Shown: piece by piece, positions 29,320-40,441 of the stretch
How positions within the stretch are numbered: position 1 is the stretch's first letter
Layout: each line of letters starts with the position of its first letter
Origin: Chitinophagaceae bacterium
GTDB taxonomy: Bacteria > Bacteroidota > Bacteroidia > Chitinophagales > Chitinophagaceae
Assembly (NCBI GenBank): GCA_025363075.1
Contig: JANYEP010000188.1
Coordinates: 1-55,504 of the forward strand
Direction of reading: 5' to 3'
Length of the DNA stretch: 55,504 nucleotides
Notes under the pieces: generated by a model
What the model saw: only the letters and a program-made list of their open reading frames with translations
Databases searched by the model: none
Told to the model about the DNA's origin: nothing
Position numbers and translations under genes: made by a program

Positions 29320-30039
29320 ATGAAAACCCTTTGCCTCGATTTTGGAAATACACGAAAAAAATGTGCTGTGTTTAATGATGATGAATTGATTGAAACTATT
29401 GAATTGAAAGACGAAGTAACAGAAGCTTTAAAACAAATCATCAATCAATACAAGCCAACAAAATCAATACTTTCAAGTGTTATTAATCATTCTGTAGAAA
29501 TAGAAAATTTATTACAACAAAATACACAGTTTCATAAACTCAATTACCAAAGTATTTTACCAATTACAACGCCTGTTGGTAAGCCAGAAACAATTGGTGC
29601 AGATAGATTGGCTATTTGTGCTGCTTCAAAAGATATGTTTCCTCAACATCATAGTTTAGCTATTGGATTAGGAACTTGTGTCACTTATAATTTCGTCAAT
29701 AAGTTTGGAGAATTTTTAGGAGGAAGCATTAGCCCAGGAATGAAAATGCGTTTTAAATCAATGAATGATTATACTGCTTTACTGCCTGTAATTGAAGCCC
29801 AGCATCAGTTTCCCTTAATTGGATACGATACAAAAACAAATTTGCTTAGTGGTGTATTATATGGTTTAGCAAAAGAAATTGATGGAATGATTGACTTGTA
29901 TAATGAAAAATATTGCAACCTTAATGTTGTATTAACAGGTGGCGATGCTGCTTTTTTCTCTCAACATATTACCAATAAAATTGTTTATGAACCAGAACTT
30001 TTATTCAAAGGATTATTGGCGATAAGCAAAAAAAATTAG
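29320..30039 (+). CDS. coaX: Type III pantothenate kinase
   Basis: LDFGNTR, IGADRL, GTCVT, GGSISPG, LTGGDA. Confidence 0.92.
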   Translation: MKTLCLDFGNTRKKCAVFNDDELIETIELKDEVTEALKQIINQYKPTKSILSSVINHSVEIENLLQQNTQFHKLNYQSILPITTPVGKPETIGADRLAICAASKDMFPQHHSLAIGLGTCVTYNFVNKFGEFLGGSISPGMKMRFKSMNDYTALLPVIEAQHQFPLIGYDTKTNLLSGVLYGLAKEIDGMIDLYNEKYCNLNVVLTGGDAAFFSQHITNKIVYEPELLFKGLLAISKKN

Positions 30040-30057
30040 TACCTTTTTTACAAAAAA

Positions 30058-30090
30058 AATAAGGGCAAGGTTTAAAACCTTGCCCTTATT
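30058..30090. terminator. Terminator hairpin between convergent genes
   Basis: AATAAGGGCAAGGTTT / AAACCTTGCCCTTATT inverted repeat. Confidence 0.8.
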
Positions 30091-30110
30091 AATTATGAGA
30101 TGATTATTGT

Positions 30111-33100
30111 TTATCTTATTAAATTAACCAATCCTTTTTTAGTGACCATTTTTCCAGTTGTTAAAGTGAACGTTGCAACATAAGCATATACTCCTGTTGG
30201 TTGTTCTTTACCTTGTGCATTACCATCCCAAACAGCATAGCAATCACTAACACCAGCAGGATTTAAAGCACTTGTTTCATAAACCTTTTCACCCCATTGA
30301 TTGAAGATTACGAAACGCAAGTTTGCAATATTGTTACCACAGAAAATTAATTTCTTGTTAGCATCTTTAGTACTATTTGGAGAGAATGTATTTGGAATAT
30401 AAATATCAAGTGTTGATGTTGATGTTTTACCATCTGCACAAGCAGTGTCACTTGGGCAAAGCCCTAATGCTTTTACACATACACTATGAGTGCTGCTTGA
30501 CGTTAGTCCTGTAAGCACTTGCGATGTACCTGTTGCCCCACTACTTGGATTTGTCCAAATGCCTCCATCTACTGAAACCTGATAGCCTGTTGCATTTATA
30601 ATTGCAGCCCAATTGAAGGTTAATGATGAAGTTGTTGTTTTTGTTGCATCAAGCGTTACTACTGGCGTTGATAATTTATTCTGAATAGTAATTTGCTTTG
30701 TTATAGTATCTGCACAAAAATCAAATGCAGCAACCAAAGTGGTTATAAGTTTAACATTAAATGTTCCTGCTGTGGGATAAGTAAATTGAGGATTTTGAGT
30801 TACAGATACAGAATTAGCAGCATCGCCAAAACTCCAGTTCCATCTTGTGCTAAGTGGCGTTGTAAATGTTTCTCCTGTTGAAGCATCTGTAAACGTTATA
30901 AGGTCATTCACACATTTTGGAGTTACAAAACTAAAGTCAGCAACAACCTTACGAATATCTTGATTAAGCACAAAAGCCGTACTTCTGCAACCATTACTTG
31001 TTTCTACAATTACCGAAACAGTATAGCTTCCAGCAGTTGTGAAAGTGTGTGTATCTTGATTTGTTGTTGTGGTATCTTTTTTACCATCGCTGTATGACCA
31101 ATACCACTTTGTTACAGCTCCTAAATTTGCTGTTGTATAAACTGTAAAAGCAATTTTTCTGTTCACACAATCATAGCCACGATTATCTGCAACAATGCTA
31201 TCTACAACAGGACCTGGTTTTATAATAAATGGTTTTGTTGTGTCTTTAAAGCAACCAATAGCATTGATAGCTCTTAGTGTTACATTATAAGTTCCTGGTG
31301 CAGGATATGTTGCTGATGGGTTTTGTGCAATAGAGGTATCTGGTGTATTATTCGACCCTCCAAAATGCCATATCCACTTAGTTATCGCTATTCCATTTCC
31401 ATTTGATGTATCTTTAAAATGAACAATATCTGAAGGACAACCATTGAAATTAATATTAAAATCTGCAGTAGGGGGGAGGACAACTTTAACATTAAAGAAA
31501 ACAGTTTTTGAGCCATTACAGCTATCTGCATTAAAACCAGTGGTTGTAACACTTACTGAAAAAGTGCCAGTTGAAGTAAACGTGTATGTTATTGGTAATG
31601 TATATCTAAAAAGTTTAATCCCATTTATTATGGAAGAATCCGTTGGAGTAGGGTTACCAATAAAAATGGCATTACTATTGGGCAATTGAGCTGAATTATT
31701 TAAAAAGTCCCACTTGATTGAATTAGGCTTATAAGGAAAGCTAATTCCAAAGTTAAAATCGTTATTCAAACAAGTAGTATAAATATCCTGTCTAATCGAA
31801 TCAGAGTAATGATTGCCAGAAGTTAAATATGAAATGGGTCTAATGAACGTACCTGCATTATATCCATAACTTTCTCTTCTTGCATTACTACCTCCTTGTG
31901 TTGCATCTCCATAACCATAGGCAATGGCATTGAATGGAACATCAGAACTAATTGAATGTTGTCCATAAACAACACCATCTGTAGCATCAAATGTTGCTAT
32001 ATAATAGCTGGTATCAACAAGGTGCTGTGTAAATTTAGATGCTTTGTTTACACCATCTAAAATAAAGCTTGCAACCCCAGTTTGAGGAATAATTACATTG
32101 ATATAGTCAAAAGAAATTTGCTGGTTAACAGGTGAAAATAAAGTAGCCTTATTAATAGCTTGTTGAACAGGGCTAATAAAAATCATTTCTGGATCACCAC
32201 TTACATTGCCTACTGGACCAGAACAGCCTTGCGTAGATTCACAATATTGTGTAACTGAAATAGACTTATCAGATTCAATTTTTAAGCAACTATCTGTTCT
32301 TATTTCGTAGTAAAAATTATTTGTAAGAGATGCTGGGAATGACGTTGATGGTAATGTATTTCCATTTACTGTAACAACAGTTGTAGGATTTTTTACAAAA
32401 ATTCTAAACACATTTTCATTATTAGAACCTTGTGTAGGTGAAGTTAAATATTTATTACCCCAAGCTGCATTTGGAAATACTTGTGCAAACAAGTTGTCGC
32501 TGCTTAAAGTTGTTGCACAATTTCCAGCGATACCTGTTCTACCACTTCCAGAGAATAAAGCTATTTTTTTATTGCAATCTAAAGATCTAACCCTTGAACC
32601 TGTAACATCTTCTCCACCAACTTTTGTAGCAAACACATTATATACTTCTCCTTTATTTAATGTTACAGTATAAGGCGTTGCAGGATTTGCTGTCCACCCA
32701 CCAACGGTATTTACTGTTGGTGTAATTTCTATGGTTGTGTTATCTTCATTTGCAATTACAAAGAAATAATTGTATGAACCAGTACTGCTTCCACTTGTAG
32801 TGTTTTGATTAAAACTAGCTGCATAATAATCAATACCCCAAGTATTTGTTGGCAATAGTAACCCTGCACCAGACACGAATTTTCCATAGATGTGTGCATA
32901 CACAACAATAGGAACTTCACTTGTAACGTGAATGCCTTTTGCAAACTTTCCATCCTGATATAGTTGAGCTCCTATTAACTGAGGAATAGTATATTGATAA
33001 ACAGTATTTGTATCAACCAAAACAGAATCTTTAAAACTTAGACCAGGAATAGAAATATATGCCATTGTAGCCTGCAACTTATTATTATTCGATAAATACA

Positions 33101-34796
33101 AAGCCATAGTTTGATCTCCACCATTGCTTTGTAAAGTTGTCCCATCACTATTATACATCAAATTATGTGAAGCATATCCAACCCAAAAGTCAGTTCCAGT
33201 ATTGGAAAAATCACTTGGATTTTGAATACCACGACCCGTTACAGTAACATCATCAATATTAACAGCAGTAGCACCACCACCAGTATGTGTAATTATTCCA
33301 GAATAATTGCCATATAATATTGGTAAAAATCTTACATAGATTGTTTTTGGTGCAATAACACCAGCAGTGTAGGGTACATTTAATGTTGAACCAAATCCAT
33401 TTCCTGATGATAGTGAAATTTCAAACCCAGCAGGTGCTGTAATTGTAATATTTCCAGTAGCGGGTGTTAATGAATATGCTGTTAACGTGTATGTTTTTAC
33501 GCTTGAGATATTATTTACAATAACATCACCAAATGGAATTACATTAGCACTATTACCTGCAACAGTAATGATAACAGGTTGTGGGGCAAGTGTGGTAAAA
33601 CTTACTTCGTTTCCATAAGCAGTACCAATAGCATTTGAAGCATAAGCACGCACATAATATGTTGTGCTAGGTGCAAGTATTTTCATTACAGATAAAAAAC
33701 TAGCATTTCCACTTCCATCATTTGTTTTAGTTGGTAAGCTAGTATCAGGGTTAGTTGATGTATTCCAGCAAACACCCTTTTTGGTAATGCCAACACCGCC
33801 ACTATCCAAAATAACACCACCACTTAATGCTTTAATAGAAGTGATGTTTGTTGCAACATTGGTTGTTAAATTTGGAATAGTAGGAGCACTTGTTGTAAAA
33901 GATAAATTTGCTCCGTAAAATGTATCAAGACTTTCACTTATAACATAAGCTCTTGTATTGTATGTTGTGCCAGCAGTTAATCCAGCAATATCACCACCAG
34001 TTCCAACACCAATATTACCACTTACTGTTGGTCCATTTATATTAATAGTTGTTAATGCTGCTGTAGGAATTGGGTTAGTTGCAACATCCCACACCACACC
34101 ACTTTGATTTACCAATAAAGTTCCTGCAGTAACTACACCAGTTGCTAATGCTGTGTATTTGCCTGTTGCATTTGCTCCTATAGTTGTAACACTTGGTTGT
34201 GTTCCTGCAGTTGCTGATGTTCCATTATAAACCAACGTTTTTATTGATACAGAACGACTGCTTGTTACACCAGTTGCTGCTGCATACAAATAAAGTCTCA
34301 CAACATAATTATGATTACCATATAGTTTTCGAGATAATGCTCCAAAACTGATATTATTTGTGCCACCTCCAGGAATAAGTTGTGGTGTACCAAAAGGGAT
34401 AAATGCACCAGCACCATCTTTTTGATATGACAAACTTGCCATATTGGTACCACTACTTCCAGACGTTTTTGCTATAAAGGTTAAACCTATTAAAGTTAAA
34501 TCTACATTACCATTTGGTGAAATAGGAAAATCAATATTCCAACCATCAGTTGCTATTGTTGGCCAATCAAGCGTTGGAGGTTGACACTTAATTCCACTAC
34601 CACTGTATGTTGCAGCACTAAGTGCATTGCCAAGACTAGCAGTACCAATTACAACATTAGCTTGTTGAACTCCAGCCAACACACCAGCGTTTGTAGTAGT
34701 TGTTGAAAATGCCCAAGTAGCTGTAAATTGTGAGAATGATTTAAAAGAAAAAAGGCTTGCAAAAAATAGTGCAACAACAATTTTTTTACTGTACAT
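30111..34796 (-). CDS. Large T9SS cargo (type B CTD) with FN3-like, IgGFc-binding-like and PKD domains
   Basis: Signal peptide; SNTGTDFWVGY..., LLPTNTWG, ESYGYNAG; PKD WNWSFGD; CTD IYIPNTFSPN...IFNQWGEKVYE...WDG...GVYAY...KGLVNLIR. Confidence 0.88.
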   Translation of the reverse strand: MYSKKIVVALFFASLFSFKSFSQFTATWAFSTTTTNAGVLAGVQQANVVIGTASLGNALSAATYSGSGIKCQPPTLDWPTIATDGWNIDFPISPNGNVDLTLIGLTFIAKTSGSSGTNMASLSYQKDGAGAFIPFGTPQLIPGGGTNNISFGALSRKLYGNHNYVVRLYLYAAATGVTSSRSVSIKTLVYNGTSATAGTQPSVTTIGANATGKYTALATGVVTAGTLLVNQSGVVWDVATNPIPTAALTTININGPTVSGNIGVGTGGDIAGLTAGTTYNTRAYVISESLDTFYGANLSFTTSAPTIPNLTTNVATNITSIKALSGGVILDSGGVGITKKGVCWNTSTNPDTSLPTKTNDGSGNASFLSVMKILAPSTTYYVRAYASNAIGTAYGNEVSFTTLAPQPVIITVAGNSANVIPFGDVIVNNISSVKTYTLTAYSLTPATGNITITAPAGFEISLSSGNGFGSTLNVPYTAGVIAPKTIYVRFLPILYGNYSGIITHTGGGATAVNIDDVTVTGRGIQNPSDFSNTGTDFWVGYASHNLMYNSDGTTLQSNGGDQTMALYLSNNNKLQATMAYISIPGLSFKDSVLVDTNTVYQYTIPQLIGAQLYQDGKFAKGIHVTSEVPIVVYAHIYGKFVSGAGLLLPTNTWGIDYYAASFNQNTTSGSSTGSYNYFFVIANEDNTTIEITPTVNTVGGWTANPATPYTVTLNKGEVYNVFATKVGGEDVTGSRVRSLDCNKKIALFSGSGRTGIAGNCATTLSSDNLFAQVFPNAAWGNKYLTSPTQGSNNENVFRIFVKNPTTVVTVNGNTLPSTSFPASLTNNFYYEIRTDSCLKIESDKSISVTQYCESTQGCSGPVGNVSGDPEMIFISPVQQAINKATLFSPVNQQISFDYINVIIPQTGVASFILDGVNKASKFTQHLVDTSYYIATFDATDGVVYGQHSISSDVPFNAIAYGYGDATQGGSNARRESYGYNAGTFIRPISYLTSGNHYSDSIRQDIYTTCLNNDFNFGISFPYKPNSIKWDFLNNSAQLPNSNAIFIGNPTPTDSSIINGIKLFRYTLPITYTFTSTGTFSVSVTTTGFNADSCNGSKTVFFNVKVVLPPTADFNINFNGCPSDIVHFKDTSNGNGIAITKWIWHFGGSNNTPDTSIAQNPSATYPAPGTYNVTLRAINAIGCFKDTTKPFIIKPGPVVDSIVADNRGYDCVNRKIAFTVYTTANLGAVTKWYWSYSDGKKDTTTTNQDTHTFTTAGSYTVSVIVETSNGCRSTAFVLNQDIRKVVADFSFVTPKCVNDLITFTDASTGETFTTPLSTRWNWSFGDAANSVSVTQNPQFTYPTAGTFNVKLITTLVAAFDFCADTITKQITIQNKLSTPVVTLDATKTTTSSLTFNWAAIINATGYQVSVDGGIWTNPSSGATGTSQVLTGLTSSSTHSVCVKALGLCPSDTACADGKTSTSTLDIYIPNTFSPNSTKDANKKLIFCGNNIANLRFVIFNQWGEKVYETSALNPAGVSDCYAVWDGNAQGKEQPTGVYAYVATFTLTTGKMVTKKGLVNLIR

Positions 34797-35006
34797 AAAA
34801 GTCAGTTTGTATTAAATAAATGATAATTTGAGATTTGGCGTAACAATCTTTTGAATATATGACAATAGCACGCAAACAGGCTGCAAAGTACCGTAAAATA
34901 AGTAATATAATTCTTAAAGTCTCTGTTTTTGGTATTGGTTTTTATGCAAACGTTCGCAAAGGGTATTTTTAAATTATTTTATATCATCATACAAAAGCAT
35001 AATCTA

Positions 35007-36407
35007 CTACTTTACAACACCTAAAATCCAGTTTGTAACAATATTCAATGCAATTGGAGAAAATGTTTGCTCTATATCGCCATACTCATTTGGAGAACCC
35101 GTTTTACATTCCTGAAAAAGATGATTCAAATTTGGCAAAGCCTTTATCGTGTATTTTCTATTCTTGCCTTTATCCAGTGCTTGTTTTATAGCTGATAAAT
35201 TTTCTTTGGCTGGAACTTGCAAATCCTTCTCGCCATTGATGGCTAAAACAGAACATTTTACTTTTTGCAACGCTTCTTCAGGATTATATTTTATGAAATA
35301 TTGCCACCAAGGACTTGTTAGTTGCTTTACTTGCATATTAATAAAATCAGTATTTCCTATTCCTTTGGGTTTAATAGAATTGGTGGTGTCTTTCAACAAT
35401 TCTCTGTAATATGCTTTTAGTTCGTTTTTTAAAGACTCAGTATTGGATGATTTAATTACAATATCAAAAGCTCCTTTGTTACTTGCTTTTCCTTTTTGTA
35501 TTGATACTTCATCAACACCATCTGCTTTTTCAATTAATTCTTTTTGCAAAAGCAATAGTTCATTTCCTTGTAATCCAGTGCCAGCAAGCAACACAATAAA
35601 ATTGATATTTTTATTTCTACTTGCAACCATTGGTGCAATTACCCCCCCTTCACTATGACCTATCAACCCTATTCTGTGTTGATTGATTTCTTTTCGTGTT
35701 TGCAGATATTTGACAGCAGCTTCTACATCTGTTGCAAAATCGGCAGTTGTTGCTGTTTTAAAATTACCTTTTGATTTTGCTATTCCTCTATCATCATACC
35801 TTAAAACAGCTATTCCATTTTTGGTTAAATAATCTGCTAAAACAAGAAATGGTTTATGACCCAACAACTCTTCATTCCTGTTTTGAGGGCCACTTCCTGT
35901 AATTAAAATTACAACAGGAAAAACGCCTGCTTTATTTGGCGTTGTAAGTGTTCCAGCCAATGTGATGCTATCTTTTGTATTTTGAAATGTTACCTCTTCT
36001 GTATAATATCCAAATGGTTCTTTTGGCTCTTGTGGTCTTTTTAATTCTTGTTTTTTAGCTTCGTCTCTCGATAAATTAAGTGGTGTAGAAAAGTTGCCTT
36101 GCTTAAATGTTCCTATAATTTTTTGATCATTATTCAATGTGCCAACATATTCCATTTTAGCATTATCAACTGTAATTTTTAGTACATTGTTTTCAAAACT
36201 TGTTGAAGTTGCTGCAATATCTTTCACCCCTTGGTCTGGGCTATCCATTGTAGTTGTGTATCCATTTTCAGTTTTATTGATATGAAAAATCAATCGTAAC
36301 TGTGTTCCTTGCACTTTTAGCAAAGCATTCCATTGCCCTGTTATTTCTTGGGCATTAATTGAAATTGAAATAAAAAAAATTGAAAAGCAAAGTAAGGACT
36401 TGGTCAT
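35007..36407 (-). CDS. Exported alpha/beta hydrolase
   Basis: ITGSGPQNRNE, LRYDDRG, GHSEGG nucleophile elbow, KDLQVP, LNHLFQ. Confidence 0.88.
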   Translation of the reverse strand: MTKSLLCFSIFFISISINAQEITGQWNALLKVQGTQLRLIFHINKTENGYTTTMDSPDQGVKDIAATSTSFENNVLKITVDNAKMEYVGTLNNDQKIIGTFKQGNFSTPLNLSRDEAKKQELKRPQEPKEPFGYYTEEVTFQNTKDSITLAGTLTTPNKAGVFPVVILITGSGPQNRNEELLGHKPFLVLADYLTKNGIAVLRYDDRGIAKSKGNFKTATTADFATDVEAAVKYLQTRKEINQHRIGLIGHSEGGVIAPMVASRNKNINFIVLLAGTGLQGNELLLLQKELIEKADGVDEVSIQKGKASNKGAFDIVIKSSNTESLKNELKAYYRELLKDTTNSIKPKGIGNTDFINMQVKQLTSPWWQYFIKYNPEEALQKVKCSVLAINGEKDLQVPAKENLSAIKQALDKGKNRKYTIKALPNLNHLFQECKTGSPNEYGDIEQTFSPIALNIVTNWILGVVK

Positions 36408-36444
36408 TTTGAAATGTTTATGTATGCTTTGCAAACATACATTT

Positions 36445-37104
36445 CTACATATTCAAATATGCCATTAAATGATTGTAATTGTCTTTTAATTCATTGGTAT
36501 ATTGTTCTTCACCAAAATAATATCTTACAGAATAATCGTATCGTTGAAAGGTTGCTACAATATCGCTAATTTCAATTTTACTAATTTTAATTGTTGCCAA
36601 AACCAAGCCTGTTGTGGCTTCTACCATTGTGTTAAGTTGTGTAATGTATGCATCGTTTGTTTCTACCAAACGACTCATTTCGCCAAAAGAAAAATTTCTT
36701 TTGTCAACTTCCAATACAATCATTCCACCAGGCTCTTCATTTCCAACAAAACTATTAAGGGCTGCTAATATTTCTTTTGCAGATACAGAACCCTCTATTT
36801 CCATTTCATCGTTTACAATAGGAACTAATGATATATTATGTTCTGTTGCCAATTTTACAACGCTCATAAAATGTTCTGTAGCTTTTACAAATTTTACTAC
36901 AAATTGTTCTTGCAATGCAGCAAGAGAAACAGTTTCATCGTTGTCAAGCAAATCTTCCTTGCTAATAGTTCCAACAAATTTTTCTTCGCTGGTAATTGGC
37001 AAATTTGTTACATCATAATCATCCATTAATTGTAAAGCAAGCGATACCTTATCGAATAAATGTAAGACAGGAAATGTGGTATGAATTAATTGAGAAGATA
37101 ACAT
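36445..37104 (-). CDS. CBS domain protein
   Basis: Tandem CBS pair plus conserved Bacteroidota C-terminus (TFQRYDY, YLNM). Confidence 0.85.
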   Translation of the reverse strand: MLSSQLIHTTFPVLHLFDKVSLALQLMDDYDVTNLPITSEEKFVGTISKEDLLDNDETVSLAALQEQFVVKFVKATEHFMSVVKLATEHNISLVPIVNDEMEIEGSVSAKEILAALNSFVGNEEPGGMIVLEVDKRNFSFGEMSRLVETNDAYITQLNTMVEATTGLVLATIKISKIEISDIVATFQRYDYSVRYYFGEEQYTNELKDNYNHLMAYLNM

Positions 37105-37149
37105 AAAATGTGTTTCCTATATAGACGTGTAAAACTGTAAAAAAGTTGC

Positions 37150-37920
37150 CTATGCAACTGTTAAATTTTTCAAAAAATTTGCAAGGATGACATTAAACTC
37201 ATTAGGAACTTCCATCATTGGTGCGTGTCCACACTTATCAATAAAATGTAGTTGGCTGTTTGGAATAAGTTTATGAAACTCTTCGCCAACAAATGGTGGT
37301 GTAATAATATCTTGGTTTCCCCAAATTAATAGTGTTGGAAGTTTTATTTGATTTAGTTCTTCACCAAGATTACTTCTAATGGCACTTTTAGCCAAAGCTA
37401 ATACTTTAATAACTTTCAGGCGACTGGTTGTTATTTGAAAAACTTCCTCAACCAACTCTTCTGTAGCCATAGCAGGATCGTAAAAAGTAACTTCTGTTTT
37501 CTTGCGAATATAATCTCTGTCGCCACGTTTAGGGTAGCTATCACCCATTCCATTTTCAAACAAACCAGAGCTTCCTGTTAAAGTAAGTGATGCAATTTTA
37601 TCAGAGTTTTTTAATACATAAACCAAAGCAACGTGACCTCCTAAAGAGTTACCAAGCAAGTGTATGTTTTTATATCCTTTTAAATCAATAAATTTTTGAA
37701 CATATTTTGCCAAACCACTTACTGTGGTGTGAAAAATATCCAAGTCAAATAGAGGCAACATTGGCACAACCACTTTATAGTCTTTCTTGAAATATTCAAT
37801 TAGATCTTTAAAGTTGCTTAATGCACCAAACAAGCCGTGAAGCAACATTAATGTTGGTCCTTCGCCCTCTTCTATAAAAGTAAATTTATCTTGATGTTTT
37901 AATTCGTACTCCATAAACAA
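37150..37920 (-). CDS. Alpha/beta hydrolase
   Basis: LHGLFG, GNSLGG, CGHAPMME. Confidence 0.9.
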   Translation of the reverse strand: MFMEYELKHQDKFTFIEEGEGPTLMLLHGLFGALSNFKDLIEYFKKDYKVVVPMLPLFDLDIFHTTVSGLAKYVQKFIDLKGYKNIHLLGNSLGGHVALVYVLKNSDKIASLTLTGSSGLFENGMGDSYPKRGDRDYIRKKTEVTFYDPAMATEELVEEVFQITTSRLKVIKVLALAKSAIRSNLGEELNQIKLPTLLIWGNQDIITPPFVGEEFHKLIPNSQLHFIDKCGHAPMMEVPNEFNVILANFLKNLTVA

Positions 37921-38005
37921 ATCACAAGTCGGTTGCTACAAATAAAAGCAAATTTTTGTTAATACAATTTTTATTAATGATTTAATAACTAACTATAGAC
38001 TAATT

Positions 38006-38200
38006 CTAACTATTTAAAAGCACCGCTTTATAGTTCCTCAAGCAATTTTCACATAAACAATCTTTAAAATTTTTGTTTAATAATTTTAATTCCTGCTGCG
38101 ATAATTTTATCTGATAGCAATGACAATTTTCAATATCTATAGCACAACAAATAAATTTTTGCTGGCATTTTTCGCAAATTTTTGTAGTTGTATTTTCCAT
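38006..38200 (-). CDS. Cysteine-rich CWC family small protein
   Basis: CEKC...FICC.....CHC...DCLCENCL. Confidence 0.8.
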   Translation of the reverse strand: MENTTTKICEKCQQKFICCAIDIENCHCYQIKLSQQELKLLNKNFKDCLCENCLRNYKAVLLNS

Positions 38201-38220
38201 TTTAGTAAGTAACAAAAATA

Positions 38221-38252
38221 AGAATGGCGTTGATTAAAACCAACGCCATTCT
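38221..38252 (-). terminator. Terminator after btuB
   Basis: AGAATGGCGTTG / CAACGCCATTCT 12-bp stem with a T-rich tail on the minus strand. Confidence 0.75.
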
Positions 38253-38277
38253 TACAAACAAAATCAATATATTTTTA

Positions 38278-40317
38278 TTAGAATTGAGCCTTTAATCCAA
38301 AATAAATATTTGTTCCAAGTGTATTAAATCCACTTATTTCTGTGTATTTTGAATTGGCAATATTTCTTGCATTTATAAATGCTCGCACTTTATGAGAACT
38401 AAAAAAAGAAGCGACTGAAAAATATAGGTTGTTAAAGAAATTTGTTGGTGGCTGCTGATATTTTTTTACTATAAAGCCATATTCTGCATAAATATCTAAC
38501 AAAGCATAACTGTTTAAAGTTACATAAGTTGTGGTAAAAGTGTTGTTGTCAAAGTATGCATCTTTTCTTTCTCCAAACCAGCTAAGATTAGCACTTGCAA
38601 ACAATCTTTTTGTTATTTGTGAAGCTAAATTTAAGCCAAAAGTGTGTTTAGGCCTGCGTAAAAGATTGTTGAATGTAGTGTCTTTTCCTGCTCCTGTTTT
38701 TGTGCTAATATTTCCATCAACAAAAGTGTAAGATGTTTTTAACGTAGTATTTTTTGCCAATTTAAAAGAGGCATCAAACTCTACTCCTAAATCTTTTTGC
38801 TTATCCTGATTAATGTATTTTGATTGGTAAGTTGTGTAATCGGTATAAAAGAAAATAACGTCTTTTACATTACGAGAAAATACAACCACTTGTGTTTTTA
38901 TTGCTTTGTCTTCAAAATAATGTTCTAAGCCAAGTTCTGCACTAAACGCAACTTCTGGTTTTAAACTTTTGTTACCATACTCGCTATACAATTGATATAA
39001 ACTTGGTGTGCGATATGCTGAAGAAACATTTGCAAATACTTTAATTTCATCATCAACCTGGTAAGAAGGATTGATATTGAAAACACCATTACCACCATAG
39101 GTTGAATGATTATTGTATCTACCACCAACTTCAACGTTAAAATTTTTGTTATTGCTAAAATTTGCAGCAGCATAAATGCTAACTTGATTTTGTTTAATGC
39201 TATCAGTATTTAAACTTGTTGCATAAGGACCAAATGAACCAAGCGAAAGATAATCCTGTGTTGTTTTAGATGTTCTGAAATCTGCACCAACAGTAAGTTT
39301 CGTGTATTTACCCAAGCCAAAATTTGCATAAGCATCTACAAAATGTTCTGTGCCTTTGTATGAACCTCTTGAATATTTATCAAATCCATTTTGGCTAAGT
39401 GTAGAGTCGTCAATGTATTCTCTTTCTACTTTGTTGTAGTTATACAACACGTTCAATTTTGTTTTGCCAAAAGTCAATTCGCTTTTTAGTCCTGTTTGTA
39501 AACTTTTTTGTGTGTAGGTGTAATCCAGTTCATCAACAAAAGCACCCTGATCTAAACTTCCTTTTAAACTGGTGTAACGAAAATATGGACTGATTAAAAT
39601 GTTTTTTGCAGCCTGAACACCAAAGCCTGCTTGAAAAGATTGTTGTTTATAGCCATCTTTATCAGCATTTGCTGAGGTAGAATTAGCTTCGTTAATTCCA
39701 TCAGTTTTTAAATAGCTGTATCCTGCATAGTAATTAATTGATTTCGTTTTTCCATTAATACCAGCATTTGCATTAACTGTATTATTACTACCATAACTTA
39801 CCAAAGCATTTCCACCAAGTGGTTTTGTTGCCTTATCCCCTTTTTTTGTAATAATATTAATCACACCAGCAATGGCATCACTACCATACAAAGTAGATTG
39901 GCTTCCTTTTAAAATTTCAATTCTTTCAACAAGGTTTACAGATAAATTTCTAATGTCAAAGTTTCCGCCAATACCACTTGCGTCATACACAGGCACACCA
40001 TCAATGGTGATAAGTGTATATGCAACAGATGCTCCACGTAAGTAAATACTTTTGTCCTTACCATAGTTGCTGTTTGCTCCATTTACATACAAGCCTGTTT
40101 GCTCGGTTAAGATTTGTGCTAAATCTTTTCCACCACTTTGTTCAAGCTGTTGCTGCGTAATAACAGTAACCACTTTACCTGTTGCAGAGGTTTTAATGGG
40201 AAACTTTGTTGCCGTAATAACTACTTCATCAAGACTCGACGTTCTTGATGTGTCTTTTTGTGCAAGTGCATTTAATGATGCACCAATTGCAATAAGCGTA
40301 AGAAATTTTTTGCTCAT
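38278..40317 (-). CDS. btuB: TonB-dependent cobalamin receptor
   Basis: LDEVVITATK TonB box, plug (IDGVPV, ERIEILKGSQSTLYGSDAIAGVINIIT), C-terminal F; under a cobalamin riboswitch. Confidence 0.88.
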   Translation of the reverse strand: MSKKFLTLIAIGASLNALAQKDTSRTSSLDEVVITATKFPIKTSATGKVVTVITQQQLEQSGGKDLAQILTEQTGLYVNGANSNYGKDKSIYLRGASVAYTLITIDGVPVYDASGIGGNFDIRNLSVNLVERIEILKGSQSTLYGSDAIAGVINIITKKGDKATKPLGGNALVSYGSNNTVNANAGINGKTKSINYYAGYSYLKTDGINEANSTSANADKDGYKQQSFQAGFGVQAAKNILISPYFRYTSLKGSLDQGAFVDELDYTYTQKSLQTGLKSELTFGKTKLNVLYNYNKVEREYIDDSTLSQNGFDKYSRGSYKGTEHFVDAYANFGLGKYTKLTVGADFRTSKTTQDYLSLGSFGPYATSLNTDSIKQNQVSIYAAANFSNNKNFNVEVGGRYNNHSTYGGNGVFNINPSYQVDDEIKVFANVSSAYRTPSLYQLYSEYGNKSLKPEVAFSAELGLEHYFEDKAIKTQVVVFSRNVKDVIFFYTDYTTYQSKYINQDKQKDLGVEFDASFKLAKNTTLKTSYTFVDGNISTKTGAGKDTTFNNLLRRPKHTFGLNLASQITKRLFASANLSWFGERKDAYFDNNTFTTTYVTLNSYALLDIYAEYGFIVKKYQQPPTNFFNNLYFSVASFFSSHKVRAFINARNIANSKYTEISGFNTLGTNIYFGLKAQF

Positions 40318-40441
40318 TGTTGTTTGTTTTAAAGATGAAACAATGAGCTTTCGAGAAAACTAAAACGTAGAAATATAAACGACCAGTAAGCCTTTTAATT
40401 TCTGTGCCTTTCGCCCGAAAGCCATGAAATGATTGATAAAT

